Shown piece by piece: positions 46,124-57,098 of a DNA stretch of 64,000 bases. The stretch is from the sequence record MZ234015.1; one strand, given 5' to 3'. The position numbers were made by a program, and so were the translations under genes. How positions within the stretch are numbered: the first letter of the stretch is position 1; every line of letters begins with the position of its first letter. The notes beneath the pieces were generated by a model. That model was not told the DNA's origin and did no database searches. It saw only the letters and a program-made list of their open reading frames with translations. The DNA is from Escherichia phage vB_EcoP-101114BS3.

Positions 46124-48367
46124 ATGGCTAAGAAGAAATTTAGTGAAGATGTTTTGGATGAATTACGCGTTGACCTTCAACGTCGATTCAATTATGCTCA
46201 AGGTTATGTAGACTTAGCTGTAAAAGGCTATGCTCGTGAGGCTTGGGAATACTTCTATGGGAACCTTCCTGCTCCAGTTACTGCTGGTAGCTCTAGTTGG
46301 GTAGACCGTACAGTATGGGAATCAGTGAATGGTACGCTCCAAGATATCATTAACGTGTTCTGTTCTGGTGACGAAGCGGTAACTTTCGTAGCCGATAACC
46401 AAGAAGATAGTGATGCTGCTGACGTAGCCACTAAACTTGTCAACCAAATTTTGTTACGTGATAATCCGGGATACAATATTATCTCTTCAGCGGCACAAGA
46501 GTGTCTGGTTACACGTAACTCTTTTATTAAATATTATTGGGATGAACAAACTTCTACCCAAACAGAAGAAGCAGAGGGTGTTCCTCCGGAAGCTTTGGCT
46601 GCATATGTCCAAGGTTTAGAAGCTGGTGGGCTTCAAGATTTAGAAATCTTTACCACTGACAACGAAGATGGTACAGTGGATGTTAAAGTAACTTACAAAC
46701 AAACAGTAAAACGCGTTAAAGTAGAATATGTTCCTTCAGAACAGATTTTTGTTGACGAACATGCTACCTCTTTTGCAGATGCTCAGTATTTCTGTCATCG
46801 CACACGTAAATCTAAAGAAGATCTGGTTGCTATGGGCTTCCCTAAAGATGAAATTGAAGCTTTTAATGACTGGACTGATACAATGGACACCACTCAATCT
46901 ACTGTTGCATGGTCACGTACTGACTGGCGTCAGGATATAGATTCAGATATCGGTGTAGACACTGATGATATCGCTTCTATGGTTTGGGTTTACGAGCATT
47001 ACATCCGTACTGGTGTACTGGATAAGAATAAAGAAGCAAAACTCTATCAAGTTATTCAAGCAGGTGAGCATATTCTCAGTTGTGAAGAAGTAACTAGCAT
47101 TCCTTTTGTAACATTCTGCCCTTATCCTATTCCGGGTTCATTCTATGGACAATCTGTTTATGATATCACCAAAGATATTCAGGATTTGCGTACCGCTTTG
47201 GTTCGTGGTTATATCGATAACGTAAACAATGCTAACTATGGTCGATATAAGGCGCTTGTAGGCGCGTATGACCGTCGTTCTTTGCTAGACAACCGTCCGG
47301 GCGGTGTAGTAGAAATGGAGCGTCAGGATGCGATTGATCTCTTCCCTTACCACAATCTACCTCAGGGTATTGATGGCTTACTAGGAATGTCAGATGAGTT
47401 GAAAGAGACTCGTACTGGTGTTACTAAGCTTGGTATGGGCATTAACCCTGATGTGTTTAAGAATGATAACGCATATGCAACTGTTGGATTGATGATGAAT
47501 GCTGCTCAGAACCGTCTCCGTATGGTCTGTCGTAACATTGCTCACAACGGTATGGTTGAATTGATGCGTGGTATTTATAATTTAGTCCGAGAAAATGGTG
47601 AGGTTCCTTTACAAGTACAAACCCCTCGTGGTATGGTTCAGGTTCATCCTAAACAACTGCCTGCTCGTCACAATCTACAAGTTGTTGTAGCTATCTCTCC
47701 TAGCGAGAAATCAGAACGTGCACAGAAACTCATTAGTCTGAAGCAATTAATTGCTGCTGATGCTCAGTTAGCACCTCTGTTTACTCTGGAGCAAGATCGT
47801 TACATGACTGCACAGATCTTCGAGTTGATGGGAATTAAAGACACTCACAAATACTTAATGCCTCTGGAACAGTATCAACCGCCAGAACCTTCTCCGATGG
47901 AAATCCTCCAGCTTGAGATGACTAAAGCACAGGTTGAGAACGTACAGGCTTCTTCTCAGAAGATGATTGCTGATGCATTCGACCAGCGTGAACGTACTAC
48001 GTTTGAACAGCAGAAAGCTGCGGACGAGTTCAGCTTACGTCAAGAAGAACTGCAATTTAAGCAAGAGAATGCTGCTGATCAGATGACTTTGGAGAATCGT
48101 AAAGAAGACAACAGTGCTACACTTGAACAGGCTAAGCACAAGTTGGCTCTGCTCCAGCAACAGGTCCGTCAGTATGAATCTGTACTTAAAGAATTGCAGA
48201 TGACTCTTAACCATCAGGTTGATGTTGAGAAAGTTGCAAATCAGGCTAAAATTCAAGATAAGACTTTGGAACTCCAAAAGAAAGAAGCAAATGAAACTAA
48301 GAAAGAACAGCAAAGTTCAATCAAAGATTCACGGATTCCTAACCGTCGTCTTGGTAGTAGAAAATAA
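46124..48367 (+). CDS. portal protein
   Basis: 747 aa directly after terminase, C-terminal coiled-coil/charged region. Confidence 0.7.
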   Translation: MAKKKFSEDVLDELRVDLQRRFNYAQGYVDLAVKGYAREAWEYFYGNLPAPVTAGSSSWVDRTVWESVNGTLQDIINVFCSGDEAVTFVADNQEDSDAADVATKLVNQILLRDNPGYNIISSAAQECLVTRNSFIKYYWDEQTSTQTEEAEGVPPEALAAYVQGLEAGGLQDLEIFTTDNEDGTVDVKVTYKQTVKRVKVEYVPSEQIFVDEHATSFADAQYFCHRTRKSKEDLVAMGFPKDEIEAFNDWTDTMDTTQSTVAWSRTDWRQDIDSDIGVDTDDIASMVWVYEHYIRTGVLDKNKEAKLYQVIQAGEHILSCEEVTSIPFVTFCPYPIPGSFYGQSVYDITKDIQDLRTALVRGYIDNVNNANYGRYKALVGAYDRRSLLDNRPGGVVEMERQDAIDLFPYHNLPQGIDGLLGMSDELKETRTGVTKLGMGINPDVFKNDNAYATVGLMMNAAQNRLRMVCRNIAHNGMVELMRGIYNLVRENGEVPLQVQTPRGMVQVHPKQLPARHNLQVVVAISPSEKSERAQKLISLKQLIAADAQLAPLFTLEQDRYMTAQIFELMGIKDTHKYLMPLEQYQPPEPSPMEILQLEMTKAQVENVQASSQKMIADAFDQRERTTFEQQKAADEFSLRQEELQFKQENAADQMTLENRKEDNSATLEQAKHKLALLQQQVRQYESVLKELQMTLNHQVDVEKVANQAKIQDKTLELQKKEANETKKEQQSSIKDSRIPNRRLGSRK

Positions 48368-48376
48368 GGATACTGA

Positions 48377-48613
48377 ATGAATACAAGACAGCAATTCAAT
48401 AAAGAGCACGCCGCCGCTTTGGCGGCTCTCAATCACAACGGCATTCTTGACGCAGCATTAGAGGCATTAAAAGAAACCCTCATGAGAGATATTGTATTAA
48501 CCGAGGCTCATGAGAATAAGAAACGCGAAGAGTGTTATCAAAAGTATAAAATGGTTGGTAGCTTAAAAGAGGTCATAAAAGCTGCTATCAATAATGCAGG
48601 AGATAATTCCTAA
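48377..48613 (+). CDS. hypothetical protein
   Basis: 78-aa ORF. Confidence 0.45.
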   Translation: MNTRQQFNKEHAAALAALNHNGILDAALEALKETLMRDIVLTEAHENKKREECYQKYKMVGSLKEVIKAAINNAGDNS

Positions 48614-49695
48614 TGGCAAATGATTATATTGACCCGAACGATTTTAAATCTTTCCTCCAACTAGACGACTTAAAAGGCTCCTTCAAAGAAGAGCTTAGTC
48701 AATTAGAATCAGAACGTGAACCAGAAGTGAACATTGATGATGAATTCCCAGAACAGTCTGAGACTTTTGATCTTGATGCTTCCGACCTTCTCGGTGATGA
48801 CGATACGTTAGCGTTCGAAGATGAAGATGGTTGGGAAGATCGTGAAGAGGAAGGCGAAGAAGAAGAGGAAGAGTCTGAGTTCTCTGATGAAGACGATGAA
48901 GAAGATGATTCCGGTGAAGCAGATCACGATGAAGCTGCTAACAGTGATGAAGATGGCGAAGAAGGTGAAGTCTTTGACGTAGATTATGAAACTGTTATCA
49001 CCCTTCCTGATGGTCGTGAGATGACTATTGAAGAGTTGTCTAATGGCTATTTGACTGGTGCAGAAATGTCCGAACGTGAGACTACTTTGCAGCGTCATGT
49101 TGAAGCTTTTGAAGAACGTGTTTCTGGCTTGGGTGATGTATTAGAACTAGCTGCCCTAGAAGCAGACCGAGTAATTGAAGATTACAACGGTTTTGATTGG
49201 GACAAACTCGCACAAGAAGATCCTCAAGCTTATGTAGAAAATAAACGTTTCTTAGAAAAATATACAGCTCGTCGCCAACAGCTTGAACAAGCTCAGCTTA
49301 AAATCAAGCAAGAAGCACTAGCAAAAGAACAACAGCTCTTCCAAGCTAAATGTACTGAGTGTGTAAGCGTACTTAAACGTGAGATTCCTAATTGGGATGA
49401 CAACTTGTATCAGAACCTGATGCAGTATGCAATCGACTTAGGTGCTACAGAAGAAGAAGTGCTGAAAGAGAACCGTCCGTCAATCTTCCTAGCTCTACAC
49501 AAAGCATACCAGTTTGATAAAGGTAAGCAGCAGGTGATGGCTAAGATTAAACGTCCCGGCTCTCCACGCAAGGTTGTGAAGTCCGATGCTTCTAAGTCTC
49601 GTTCTTCCAATACGCCAGACAACGCTAAGGTTGCCAAGGCATTCTCAGAGGGTCGTATTCGTCACGAAGATGCATTTAAGTATCTCGTAGATTAA
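48613..49695 (+). CDS. putative scaffolding protein
   Basis: Highly acidic N-terminal half, helical C-terminal half, position between portal and capsid. Confidence 0.5.
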   Translation: MANDYIDPNDFKSFLQLDDLKGSFKEELSQLESEREPEVNIDDEFPEQSETFDLDASDLLGDDDTLAFEDEDGWEDREEEGEEEEEESEFSDEDDEEDDSGEADHDEAANSDEDGEEGEVFDVDYETVITLPDGREMTIEELSNGYLTGAEMSERETTLQRHVEAFEERVSGLGDVLELAALEADRVIEDYNGFDWDKLAQEDPQAYVENKRFLEKYTARRQQLEQAQLKIKQEALAKEQQLFQAKCTECVSVLKREIPNWDDNLYQNLMQYAIDLGATEEEVLKENRPSIFLALHKAYQFDKGKQQVMAKIKRPGSPRKVVKSDASKSRSSNTPDNAKVAKAFSEGRIRHEDAFKYLVD

Positions 49696-49735
49696 TCGAC
49701 AAATTTATTTTTAATAGTATAGGAGCTAATATAAC

Positions 49736-50791
49736 ATGGCAAATCCAACTTTATTTGTATCTTACGACCAGAATGGTAAAAAACTTTCTTTTGCTAACTG
49801 GATTTCTGTCCTGTCTCCGCAAGACACTCCGTTTGTGTCTATGACTGGTAAAGAGTCTATCAATCAGACTATTTTCAGCTGGCAGACCGATGCTCTGGCG
49901 AGCGTAGATGCTAACAACGCCCACGTCGAAGGCTCTCGTGCTGAAGACGGCGAAATGAAACCGACTGTAATTAAGTCCAACGTTACTCAGATCCTGCGTA
50001 AAGTTGTTCGTGTTTCTGATACTGCTAACACCACCGCTAACTACGGTCGTGGTCGTGAACTGATGTATCAGCTGGAGAAGAAAGGTAAAGAGATTAAACG
50101 TGACCTCGAGAAAATCTTGCTGTCCGGTCAGGCTCGTACCGATATTCTGGCAGACCAGTATCTGACCAACTCTGCAACTGATCCTGCTGTTGTAGGTCAG
50201 AATGATACCTCAGCTGCTCGTAAGACTGGTGCTTTCCAGTTCCTGTGTGCACACAATGGTGTTGCTGGTGGTGTTGTTAAGAAAGAAGATGGTCCTGCTG
50301 ACCCGGATACTGGTGCAGTAACTGTTAAAGTTGCACAGAATGCTTCTAACCCGACTACTAACATCGGTTTTGATGAAGCTGATATCTTTGATATGACTCT
50401 GCAATTATATACCGCTGGTTCTGAAGCAGACATCATCATGATTAACCCTGCTCACGCTAGCATCTTTGCTAAGCTTCAGGAAAACTCTGTTGGCTCTCGT
50501 CAGCGTATCTTTGAGAACACCAAACAGTTCATCTATGAAGTTAACAGCATCACTGACCCGCTGGGCCAGAGCTATAAAATCATCGTTAACCGTTGGATGC
50601 CTGCTGATGCAGTTTACTTCTTCCGCAGCTCTGACTGGACTCAGATGGTTCTTCGTGCTCCGAAACGTACTGAACTGGCGAAAGATGGTTCTTACGAGAA
50701 ATGGATGATCGAAATGGAAGTTGGTCTGCGTCACCGCAACCCGTATGCCTCCGGCGTTCTGTTCACTGCTGCGGGAAAGGTGGCGGCGTAA
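49736..50791 (+). CDS. major capsid protein (zero-frame product)
   Basis: Position after scaffold; strongly biased high-expression codon usage; strong terminator downstream. Confidence 0.8.
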   Translation: MANPTLFVSYDQNGKKLSFANWISVLSPQDTPFVSMTGKESINQTIFSWQTDALASVDANNAHVEGSRAEDGEMKPTVIKSNVTQILRKVVRVSDTANTTANYGRGRELMYQLEKKGKEIKRDLEKILLSGQARTDILADQYLTNSATDPAVVGQNDTSAARKTGAFQFLCAHNGVAGGVVKKEDGPADPDTGAVTVKVAQNASNPTTNIGFDEADIFDMTLQLYTAGSEADIIMINPAHASIFAKLQENSVGSRQRIFENTKQFIYEVNSITDPLGQSYKIIVNRWMPADAVYFFRSSDWTQMVLRAPKRTELAKDGSYEKWMIEMEVGLRHRNPYASGVLFTAAGKVAA

Positions 50792-51315
50792 CAGTAGACA
50801 GTGTGACTGTTAGCCCTGCGTCTTTAGCAAGTCTAGAGACAGGGGCTACTCGGCAGTTCACTGCAAGCGCGGAGAAAAGTGATGGTTCTACCGAAACAAC
50901 TGGCTTTACTTGGTCAGTGACAGGAGGTGGTTCTATCACTCAGTCGGGTTTGTATACTGCTCCGAGTGCGTCTCAATCCACTGATGTATCCATTACTGCA
51001 ACTTTAGAAGGTGTTTCTGGAACAGCAACCATTTCTGAAATTGTTGCTCCTGCTCCTACTATTGTAGCTAAGGGTCCAATTACGGGTAAAACTGGTGGTT
51101 CCTCCACTAATTTCACTACCATGTTTACTGTAACTAATTCTGCTGCTGCGGATTACACGTTTGTTGTAACTCCTACAGAAGCTGGTACAGTAAGTGCAGC
51201 TGGTGCGTTAACCTTAGATGCTGCTGCAAGTGGCGAAGTTACTGTTCAAGCAAGTTTGACAGCTGATCCGTCCATCAATGCAACATGCACTTTTACTGGT
51301 GTAACACCTGCTTAA
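50773..51315 (+). CDS. capsid C-terminal extension via predicted -1 frameshift (Ig-like Big_2 domain)
   Basis: Slippery heptamer G_GGA_AAG at 50773..50779, 10 nt before capsid stop; -1 frame open to 51315 and encodes Big_2-like sequence. Confidence 0.55.
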   Translation, partial: GKGGGVTVDSVTVSPASLASLETGATRQFTASAEKSDGSTETTGFTWSVTGGGSITQSGLYTAPSASQSTDVSITATLEGVSGTATISEIVAPAPTIVAKGPITGKTGGSSTNFTTMFTVTNSAAADYTFVVTPTEAGTVSAAGALTLDAAASGEVTVQASLTADPSINATCTFTGVTPA

Positions 51316-51321
51316 AACTAG

Positions 51322-51347
51322 ACCCTGCCTTCGGGCGGGGTTTTTTC
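51322..51347 (+). terminator. rho-independent terminator
   Basis: 7-bp stem with TTCG loop followed by TTTTTTCGTTTT. Confidence 0.7.
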
Positions 51348-51416
51348 GTTTTAAGACCTATACAAGCCAGTGTGTAATGTATATTCTTTGTCTACATACA
51401 ACTAGGAGGACAATCT

Positions 51417-52169
51417 ATGGCGATGCCAGACGTTCAAAACCCAATTAATACCTACGGATGGCTTAAGAAGGCTGTGTCCCTCTGGGCTGACCGTGATGAC
51501 CCTGAATTTGTTAATCAAATTCCAAACTTTATTAACTTTGCAGAAAAGGAAATCTACCGTAATTTACGCATTCCTCCTCTGGAAAAAGAAGTCTATTTAG
51601 ATATTAAAGATGGAGTAGCTTATATTCCTCCTGATTACTTAGAAGCTCAATGGATGATGAGAGCTAAAGATGGTACAATCTTCCAAGTAACATCTCCGGA
51701 AGAGATTAGCTATCGTAGACAGCATGGAACAATTAACCCATCTCATTGGAATAATCAACCTGTTAATTTTGCTCGTTTCGGTAGTCGTTTCATTTTCTAT
51801 CCTAGTATTGAAGCAGATACTCCGTACTACCCTGATGATGGAAGCCCTTTGATTCCAGCAGAAAACTCAGTGATTCTTAGCTATTATGCAGACCCACCGG
51901 AATTCCATGAAGATACAGATACTAGTACTATTCTTACTATAGCACCGGAACTTCTTCTGTACTTCACCCTACGTCATGCTTGTCTCTTTGTTCAAGATGA
52001 TAATGGTGTTCAGAAATGGTCAGCATTAGGAAAAGCTATCCTTGATGAAATGGTAGAACAGAATAAGAAACAAGAGTACTCAGGTTCACCTATCGCAATT
52101 CCGAATAACATGACTCGACTTCAGAGCAGCTTGCCTGATATTTATGGTATTCGTACTTCTCGTGTATAA
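51417..52169 (+). CDS. virion structural protein (possible head-tail adaptor)
   Basis: 250-aa ORF between capsid and tail fiber genes. Confidence 0.45.
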   Translation: MAMPDVQNPINTYGWLKKAVSLWADRDDPEFVNQIPNFINFAEKEIYRNLRIPPLEKEVYLDIKDGVAYIPPDYLEAQWMMRAKDGTIFQVTSPEEISYRRQHGTINPSHWNNQPVNFARFGSRFIFYPSIEADTPYYPDDGSPLIPAENSVILSYYADPPEFHEDTDTSTILTIAPELLLYFTLRHACLFVQDDNGVQKWSALGKAILDEMVEQNKKQEYSGSPIAIPNNMTRLQSSLPDIYGIRTSRV

Positions 52170-52178
52170 GGAGATAAT

Positions 52179-54821
52179 ATGATCGTTTATAATAACCAAG
52201 CACCTGATGCAGTGAATAACGTTGGGCAGTTTGGTGCTACTGAAGGCTCTATCGGAGCTTACAAGCAAGCAGCAGAGTATGCAGCTGACTCCAAATATTG
52301 GGCACTGTTAGCGGAGTCTAAGTTTGGTACAATTGATGACTTGATCGCTGAAGTAGAGCGTCTGTATCAACAGGGTGTTCTGATGAAGCAGGATATCGAG
52401 GATCTTAAGCAGGATTTTAAAGATCAAGATGCTCGTCTGATGAGTTTGATTGCTCAAACTAACGCAGCGGTATCAGATGCGAATAATGCTGTAGCTCTAA
52501 TTAATCAGAAACTTATTGAAGTCCAGAACCAGCTTGACGTTCTGTTAGGAATGTCCGTTGATGTAACCACACTTCCTCCGGGAACTCCGGCTACTGGTTC
52601 TTTTAATCCTAACACTGGTGTAGTCTCTCTAGGTATCCCAGAAGGCGAACCCGGAAAGGATGGTTCTGTTAAGGATTTAGACACAGCTCCTACTGGTGTT
52701 CCAGAGCTAGGTGACTTGGGTTTCTATGTTGATAAAGATGACAATACCGTCCATAAAACTACTCTAGAGAATATTGCTAACTTAATCCCATCTGTTCGTT
52801 CTGTTTCTGTTAATGGGGGACCAGCTCTTGATGGAGAGGTTGCTCTAACAATCAACAAAGAGACAGTAGGTTTAGGAAATGTTCTGAATGTTGCTCAGTA
52901 CAGTCGTCAAGAGATTAATGACAAATTTGACAAGACTACCAAGACATACCAATCAAAAGCAGAGGCTGATGCTGATGCTCAGTATCGTCAAGTTGGAGAG
53001 AAAGTCTTAGTTTGGGAAGCTACTAAGTATGAATTCTACACTGTTGCTGCTAACAAAACACTAACTCCTGTTAAAACTGAAGGTAGAATCCTTACCGTTA
53101 ACTCCCGTTCTCCAGATTCCAGTGGTAACATTGACATTACCATTCCAACAGGAAACCCTTCTCTGTATCTTGGTGAGATGGTGATGTTCCCTTACGACCC
53201 ATCTAAGAATATCTCCTACCCAGGAGTTCTTCCTGCTGATGGTCGTCTGGTATCAAAAGAATCTGCTTCAGATTTAGGCCCATCCCTTGTCAGCGGACAG
53301 CTCCCTGTTGTTTCAGAAACTGAATGGCAATCGGGGGCTAAACAGTACTTCTCTTGGGGCAAGTTAGCAGACGGTATTACCGATGCGGATTCTACTAATT
53401 TTATCAACATTCGACTCCCTGATTGGACTGGAGGGGAGGCAATAAGAGCACCAGATTCTGATAAAGACTCTCAGTACAATGGGTCTGTACAGGCTCAGAA
53501 ACCTTATGTTGTTACTGTAAATAACCAAGCTCCTGATGAGATTACTGGTAATGTGAACATCTCCAGATCAATTTTAGGTGCTGCTTCTTCTGGAGCAAAC
53601 TCTGACATTACATCTTTATCTGGACTCACAACACCGCTATCCATCTCTCAAGGTGGTACTGGAGCTAAAGATGCTGCTGGTGCTCGTTCTAATTTAGGTC
53701 TAGGCTCAACAGCTACCCTCAATACAATACCTGTAGCCAATGGTGGCACAGGAGCAACTACTGTTGATGTTGCTCGTTCCAATTTATCCATAGACCGAAT
53801 AGATCAAGCCTCCGGGGAGAGTAAATTATTATCCCCTAACAAAGAAACCTACCTCTTTGTGGATAACAATGGGTGGGGCTGTTATAGTACCTCAGCTGGA
53901 AGGGTTGGTGATGTGGCTCTTTCTGTTGAAAGAGGCGGTACTGGAGCTAAAAATGCTGCTAGTGCCCGATCTAACTTGGGGTTGGGGAGTGTTTCCACTC
54001 TAGATAACGTCCCTATCGCTAGTGGTGGGACAGGGGCTGGAGATGCTGCTGGTGCAAGGTTTAATCTTGGGTTAGGTAACTCAGCCACAATGAATACCGG
54101 AACTAACAGTGATAATGTTCTTAAGGTTGGTGATTTTGGAATTGGAAGACCTGACGGCGCTCTTGTTTTTGATACTACTTCACAAGACCAACTTCTTGCT
54201 GGACTTGACACTTATGGGCTGTGTGTGTTTAGGAATAACCAACAAATAGCAGCACCTTGGGACATATGGAACTACTCCTCAAACCTTTTCTTTAGGGCGG
54301 GTGACACATATAGTATGATAAGTATTCCGTTTGAGTCTGCCGGTAAGATAAAAGTTTTTGGTGGTGCATCAGGCAGTGGGTGGAAAACCTCAAGGACGGT
54401 ATATGATACTGTAAATACAACTGTTGACGTCAATGGCTTTATCAAAGCAGCGTCACCAATAGTTAAGGTATTCCATGACGGAAGTTTTGAAACAAACGAA
54501 CAATCTGATGGAGTTAGTGTTAAGAAAATCTCCACCGGGGTTTATTTAATTTCAGGGTGTCTTGGTCTTAATTCTGATGCAGGGTGGGGTGGGGTAGATG
54601 GAGGTTTTGAAATCCCAATAGACCGAAACAAACAACCTAGAGTTTGGCTTGACTATGAGGTTAAAGAGGATGGTTCTCTTTTAATTAAAACTTATCATAG
54701 AACCCATTCAACATCCCCAGCTTTTGCTAGAAACGAGTTGGAAGGTTTTTCTGACGGAGACCCTGTTGACATTCCTAAGGATGCGTTCATTTCGGTTCGT
54801 GTTGAAATGCCTTCTAAGTAA
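52179..54821 (+). CDS. tail fiber protein
   Basis: Repeated GGTGA..AA.ARxNLGLG tail-fibre repeat motifs. Confidence 0.75.
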   Translation: MIVYNNQAPDAVNNVGQFGATEGSIGAYKQAAEYAADSKYWALLAESKFGTIDDLIAEVERLYQQGVLMKQDIEDLKQDFKDQDARLMSLIAQTNAAVSDANNAVALINQKLIEVQNQLDVLLGMSVDVTTLPPGTPATGSFNPNTGVVSLGIPEGEPGKDGSVKDLDTAPTGVPELGDLGFYVDKDDNTVHKTTLENIANLIPSVRSVSVNGGPALDGEVALTINKETVGLGNVLNVAQYSRQEINDKFDKTTKTYQSKAEADADAQYRQVGEKVLVWEATKYEFYTVAANKTLTPVKTEGRILTVNSRSPDSSGNIDITIPTGNPSLYLGEMVMFPYDPSKNISYPGVLPADGRLVSKESASDLGPSLVSGQLPVVSETEWQSGAKQYFSWGKLADGITDADSTNFINIRLPDWTGGEAIRAPDSDKDSQYNGSVQAQKPYVVTVNNQAPDEITGNVNISRSILGAASSGANSDITSLSGLTTPLSISQGGTGAKDAAGARSNLGLGSTATLNTIPVANGGTGATTVDVARSNLSIDRIDQASGESKLLSPNKETYLFVDNNGWGCYSTSAGRVGDVALSVERGGTGAKNAASARSNLGLGSVSTLDNVPIASGGTGAGDAAGARFNLGLGNSATMNTGTNSDNVLKVGDFGIGRPDGALVFDTTSQDQLLAGLDTYGLCVFRNNQQIAAPWDIWNYSSNLFFRAGDTYSMISIPFESAGKIKVFGGASGSGWKTSRTVYDTVNTTVDVNGFIKAASPIVKVFHDGSFETNEQSDGVSVKKISTGVYLISGCLGLNSDAGWGGVDGGFEIPIDRNKQPRVWLDYEVKEDGSLLIKTYHRTHSTSPAFARNELEGFSDGDPVDIPKDAFISVRVEMPSK

Positions 54822-54861
54822 ATTAACAATGCTCCCTTCGGGGAGCTTTAAGGAGATTTTA

Positions 54862-57009
54862 ATGTCTAGAGAACTAATGCCCAAATCTGGCATAATGATG
54901 CCTCATGTAGTTGTAACCAGAGATGCGGCTGTTGTTGGCGTTTCTACTGTAGATGGGGCCGCTGGTGCTATCAACTTAACAGAAAAATACCTTCAGAAAT
55001 CTGACGCTGAAGCAACCTATCAAACGAAAGCAGAAGGGGCTACTAAGCAATATGTAACCGACGCTATCAACCCCATTATGACAAATGCTCTTTTTAAAGA
55101 TGACCCCTTTGTTAATAATGACACACCTATTCGCTCTGGCGGTGGTAATGGTGTTGAATCGGTAGATATGATTAAAGTCACCCCTGAGAACACCATCAAA
55201 CTAGGGAGCTATGCTTCTTCTGTTCAGGGGGTTGAGATTCATTCTGCTGGTCGTCTTCAGGTTGTTGATCAGAATGATAGTGGTGTAGAAACTAAATACC
55301 CTGTGTATTCTAAGCGCTATCGTCCTGAGATTGAAGATTTACCTTTTGCTGCAATCGGTTCTTATGTTAAGGATTCAAAAGGTCGTACTGTTGGTGTAAC
55401 CCGTACCGGTATCAACTCTGATATCAAACAACTTACACAGAAAGTCACTTTTACTCAACCTGTAACCGTAGCCGATGCTGTAGGCGATTATGATGCAGTG
55501 ACACTGAGACAGCTTCGTAACAGTGGTGGTGGTTCTGGAGGTCCTACCATGAGTGGTATCTCGAACTTTGGTATCGGTGATTTCCACTTACGCGATAGTC
55601 GTGCTTTTATCCCAGCTTTTGAAGTAGTGTCTGATGGTCAGCTTTTGAATCGTGCTGATTATCCAGATTTGTGGGCTTATGCTCAACTGCTATCTCCAAT
55701 CGAGGATTCTCTTTGGTTATCTAACATCTACCAGAGGGGTAAATACTCTACGGGTAACGGTACAACGACTTTCCGTGTTCCTGACCGAAATGGTATTCAA
55801 GAAGGGTCTCTGAAAGCTCTGTATGGTCGTGGTGATGGTGGAGCTTCGGCTGCTAATGGTCAAATATTTGATTCTGCTGCTCCTAACATTTATGGAGATA
55901 TTGGTGGTGTTGTTGCTTATGGCCAGACTGGAGCTATTCTACGAGGTCAAGAGGAACAACCTCTCGCCCCTCAACCTTCAACTGGAAATGGTGTCTTGAG
56001 AGTTAGTTTAGACGCCTCAAAAGCAAGTCCTGTATATGGTCGTTCCACCGATGAAATCCTAACCCGTAACTTTGTTGGTGTTTGGACTATTCGTGCTCAT
56101 GGTGGTTTTACTGCTGCTAATACTTCTTGGTCTGTTGTTAACAGTGACACAAATCGTCCTCCTAAAGGAACTAAAGCTTCTAGCGGTTCTGTTGTTGCTG
56201 AATATAAAATTGGTTCAGAAGTAGAGGCTTCTACTACGCTCCAAACTGATGCTTATATCGACGGAGCTTATTATGGGATTATCAATGTTTATAATAAAAC
56301 CAAAGGAGTTACCAAGCAATTAGCTTTTGACGATTCTGGAACCCTGAACTCTGATAGATATGTTGCTCGGTTTGGGACATTGATGTCTTGGAGTGAAACA
56401 GGAAGTCGCAGAGGGACGTTTTCTACAGACAACCAAGGGATCGGTGCTAACTACTCTTTTAACTCTATACTGAGTGCTTCCCAAGCATCCCAAGGTGGAT
56501 ACAAAACTACTACCCATGTAGGGATGATTCACAATGATGCTGGAACTTTTGCTGATTCTTGTTGGCACGTAGCTGGGGATGAAGATAACAAGTATGGTTG
56601 TCGTTTAACTCTTCGACCAAACAGAAATGAGATTTATTACTACACTTGGCAGCCAAGTTCAACCGGAACTTATACTCTTGCTATGAATCCTGTATCTGAT
56701 GAAAAGTTGAAACATAACATCCAAGATATCTCTCCTGATGAAGCAATTCGTGCGATAAAAGGTTTGGATTTCAAATCGTTTGTGTACAACAATGATAATC
56801 AAGGAAGAACTCGTCGTGGTATCATTGCACAGCAGGCAGAGAAAGTTGAACCTCTTTATGTTAAAACTCGTAAATTCCATGACAACGATGGGGTAGAGCA
56901 GGAACAGAAAGAGTTGGATGCAACTCCAATGCTTTTAGATACCATGCAGGTTGTTCAAGATCTGCTGAAGCGTATTGAAGTTCTAGAAGCGAAGTTAGCA
57001 GAGAAGTGA
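54862..57009 (+). CDS. tail fiber/spike with C-terminal intramolecular chaperone (peptidase S74-like) domain
   Basis: C-terminal DEKLKHNIQDISPDEAI...GIIAQQ...coiled coil resembles autoproteolytic chaperone domains; start moved to ATG after AAGGAG. Confidence 0.75.
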   Translation: MSRELMPKSGIMMPHVVVTRDAAVVGVSTVDGAAGAINLTEKYLQKSDAEATYQTKAEGATKQYVTDAINPIMTNALFKDDPFVNNDTPIRSGGGNGVESVDMIKVTPENTIKLGSYASSVQGVEIHSAGRLQVVDQNDSGVETKYPVYSKRYRPEIEDLPFAAIGSYVKDSKGRTVGVTRTGINSDIKQLTQKVTFTQPVTVADAVGDYDAVTLRQLRNSGGGSGGPTMSGISNFGIGDFHLRDSRAFIPAFEVVSDGQLLNRADYPDLWAYAQLLSPIEDSLWLSNIYQRGKYSTGNGTTTFRVPDRNGIQEGSLKALYGRGDGGASAANGQIFDSAAPNIYGDIGGVVAYGQTGAILRGQEEQPLAPQPSTGNGVLRVSLDASKASPVYGRSTDEILTRNFVGVWTIRAHGGFTAANTSWSVVNSDTNRPPKGTKASSGSVVAEYKIGSEVEASTTLQTDAYIDGAYYGIINVYNKTKGVTKQLAFDDSGTLNSDRYVARFGTLMSWSETGSRRGTFSTDNQGIGANYSFNSILSASQASQGGYKTTTHVGMIHNDAGTFADSCWHVAGDEDNKYGCRLTLRPNRNEIYYYTWQPSSTGTYTLAMNPVSDEKLKHNIQDISPDEAIRAIKGLDFKSFVYNNDNQGRTRRGIIAQQAEKVEPLYVKTRKFHDNDGVEQEQKELDATPMLLDTMQVVQDLLKRIEVLEAKLAEK

Positions 57010-57098
57010 GATAAGCCCCTTCGGGGGCTTTTAGGAGTGAAACTGGTGAATAAGTAATGAAACTACTATATCCAAAAGGAAAATGAAAGGAGAAGAAA

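Noticed and set aside
50701-51315. ORF 50701..51315 as an independent gene
   Set aside because: It has no start codon with an RBS of its own and overlaps the capsid 3' end in the -1 frame at a canonical slippery heptamer; treated as a frameshift extension.
54724-54861. N-terminal extension of the tail fiber ORF (track start 54724)
   Set aside because: The extension overlaps the upstream gene and a UUCG hairpin; the in-frame ATG at 54862 has a canonical AAGGAG RBS.
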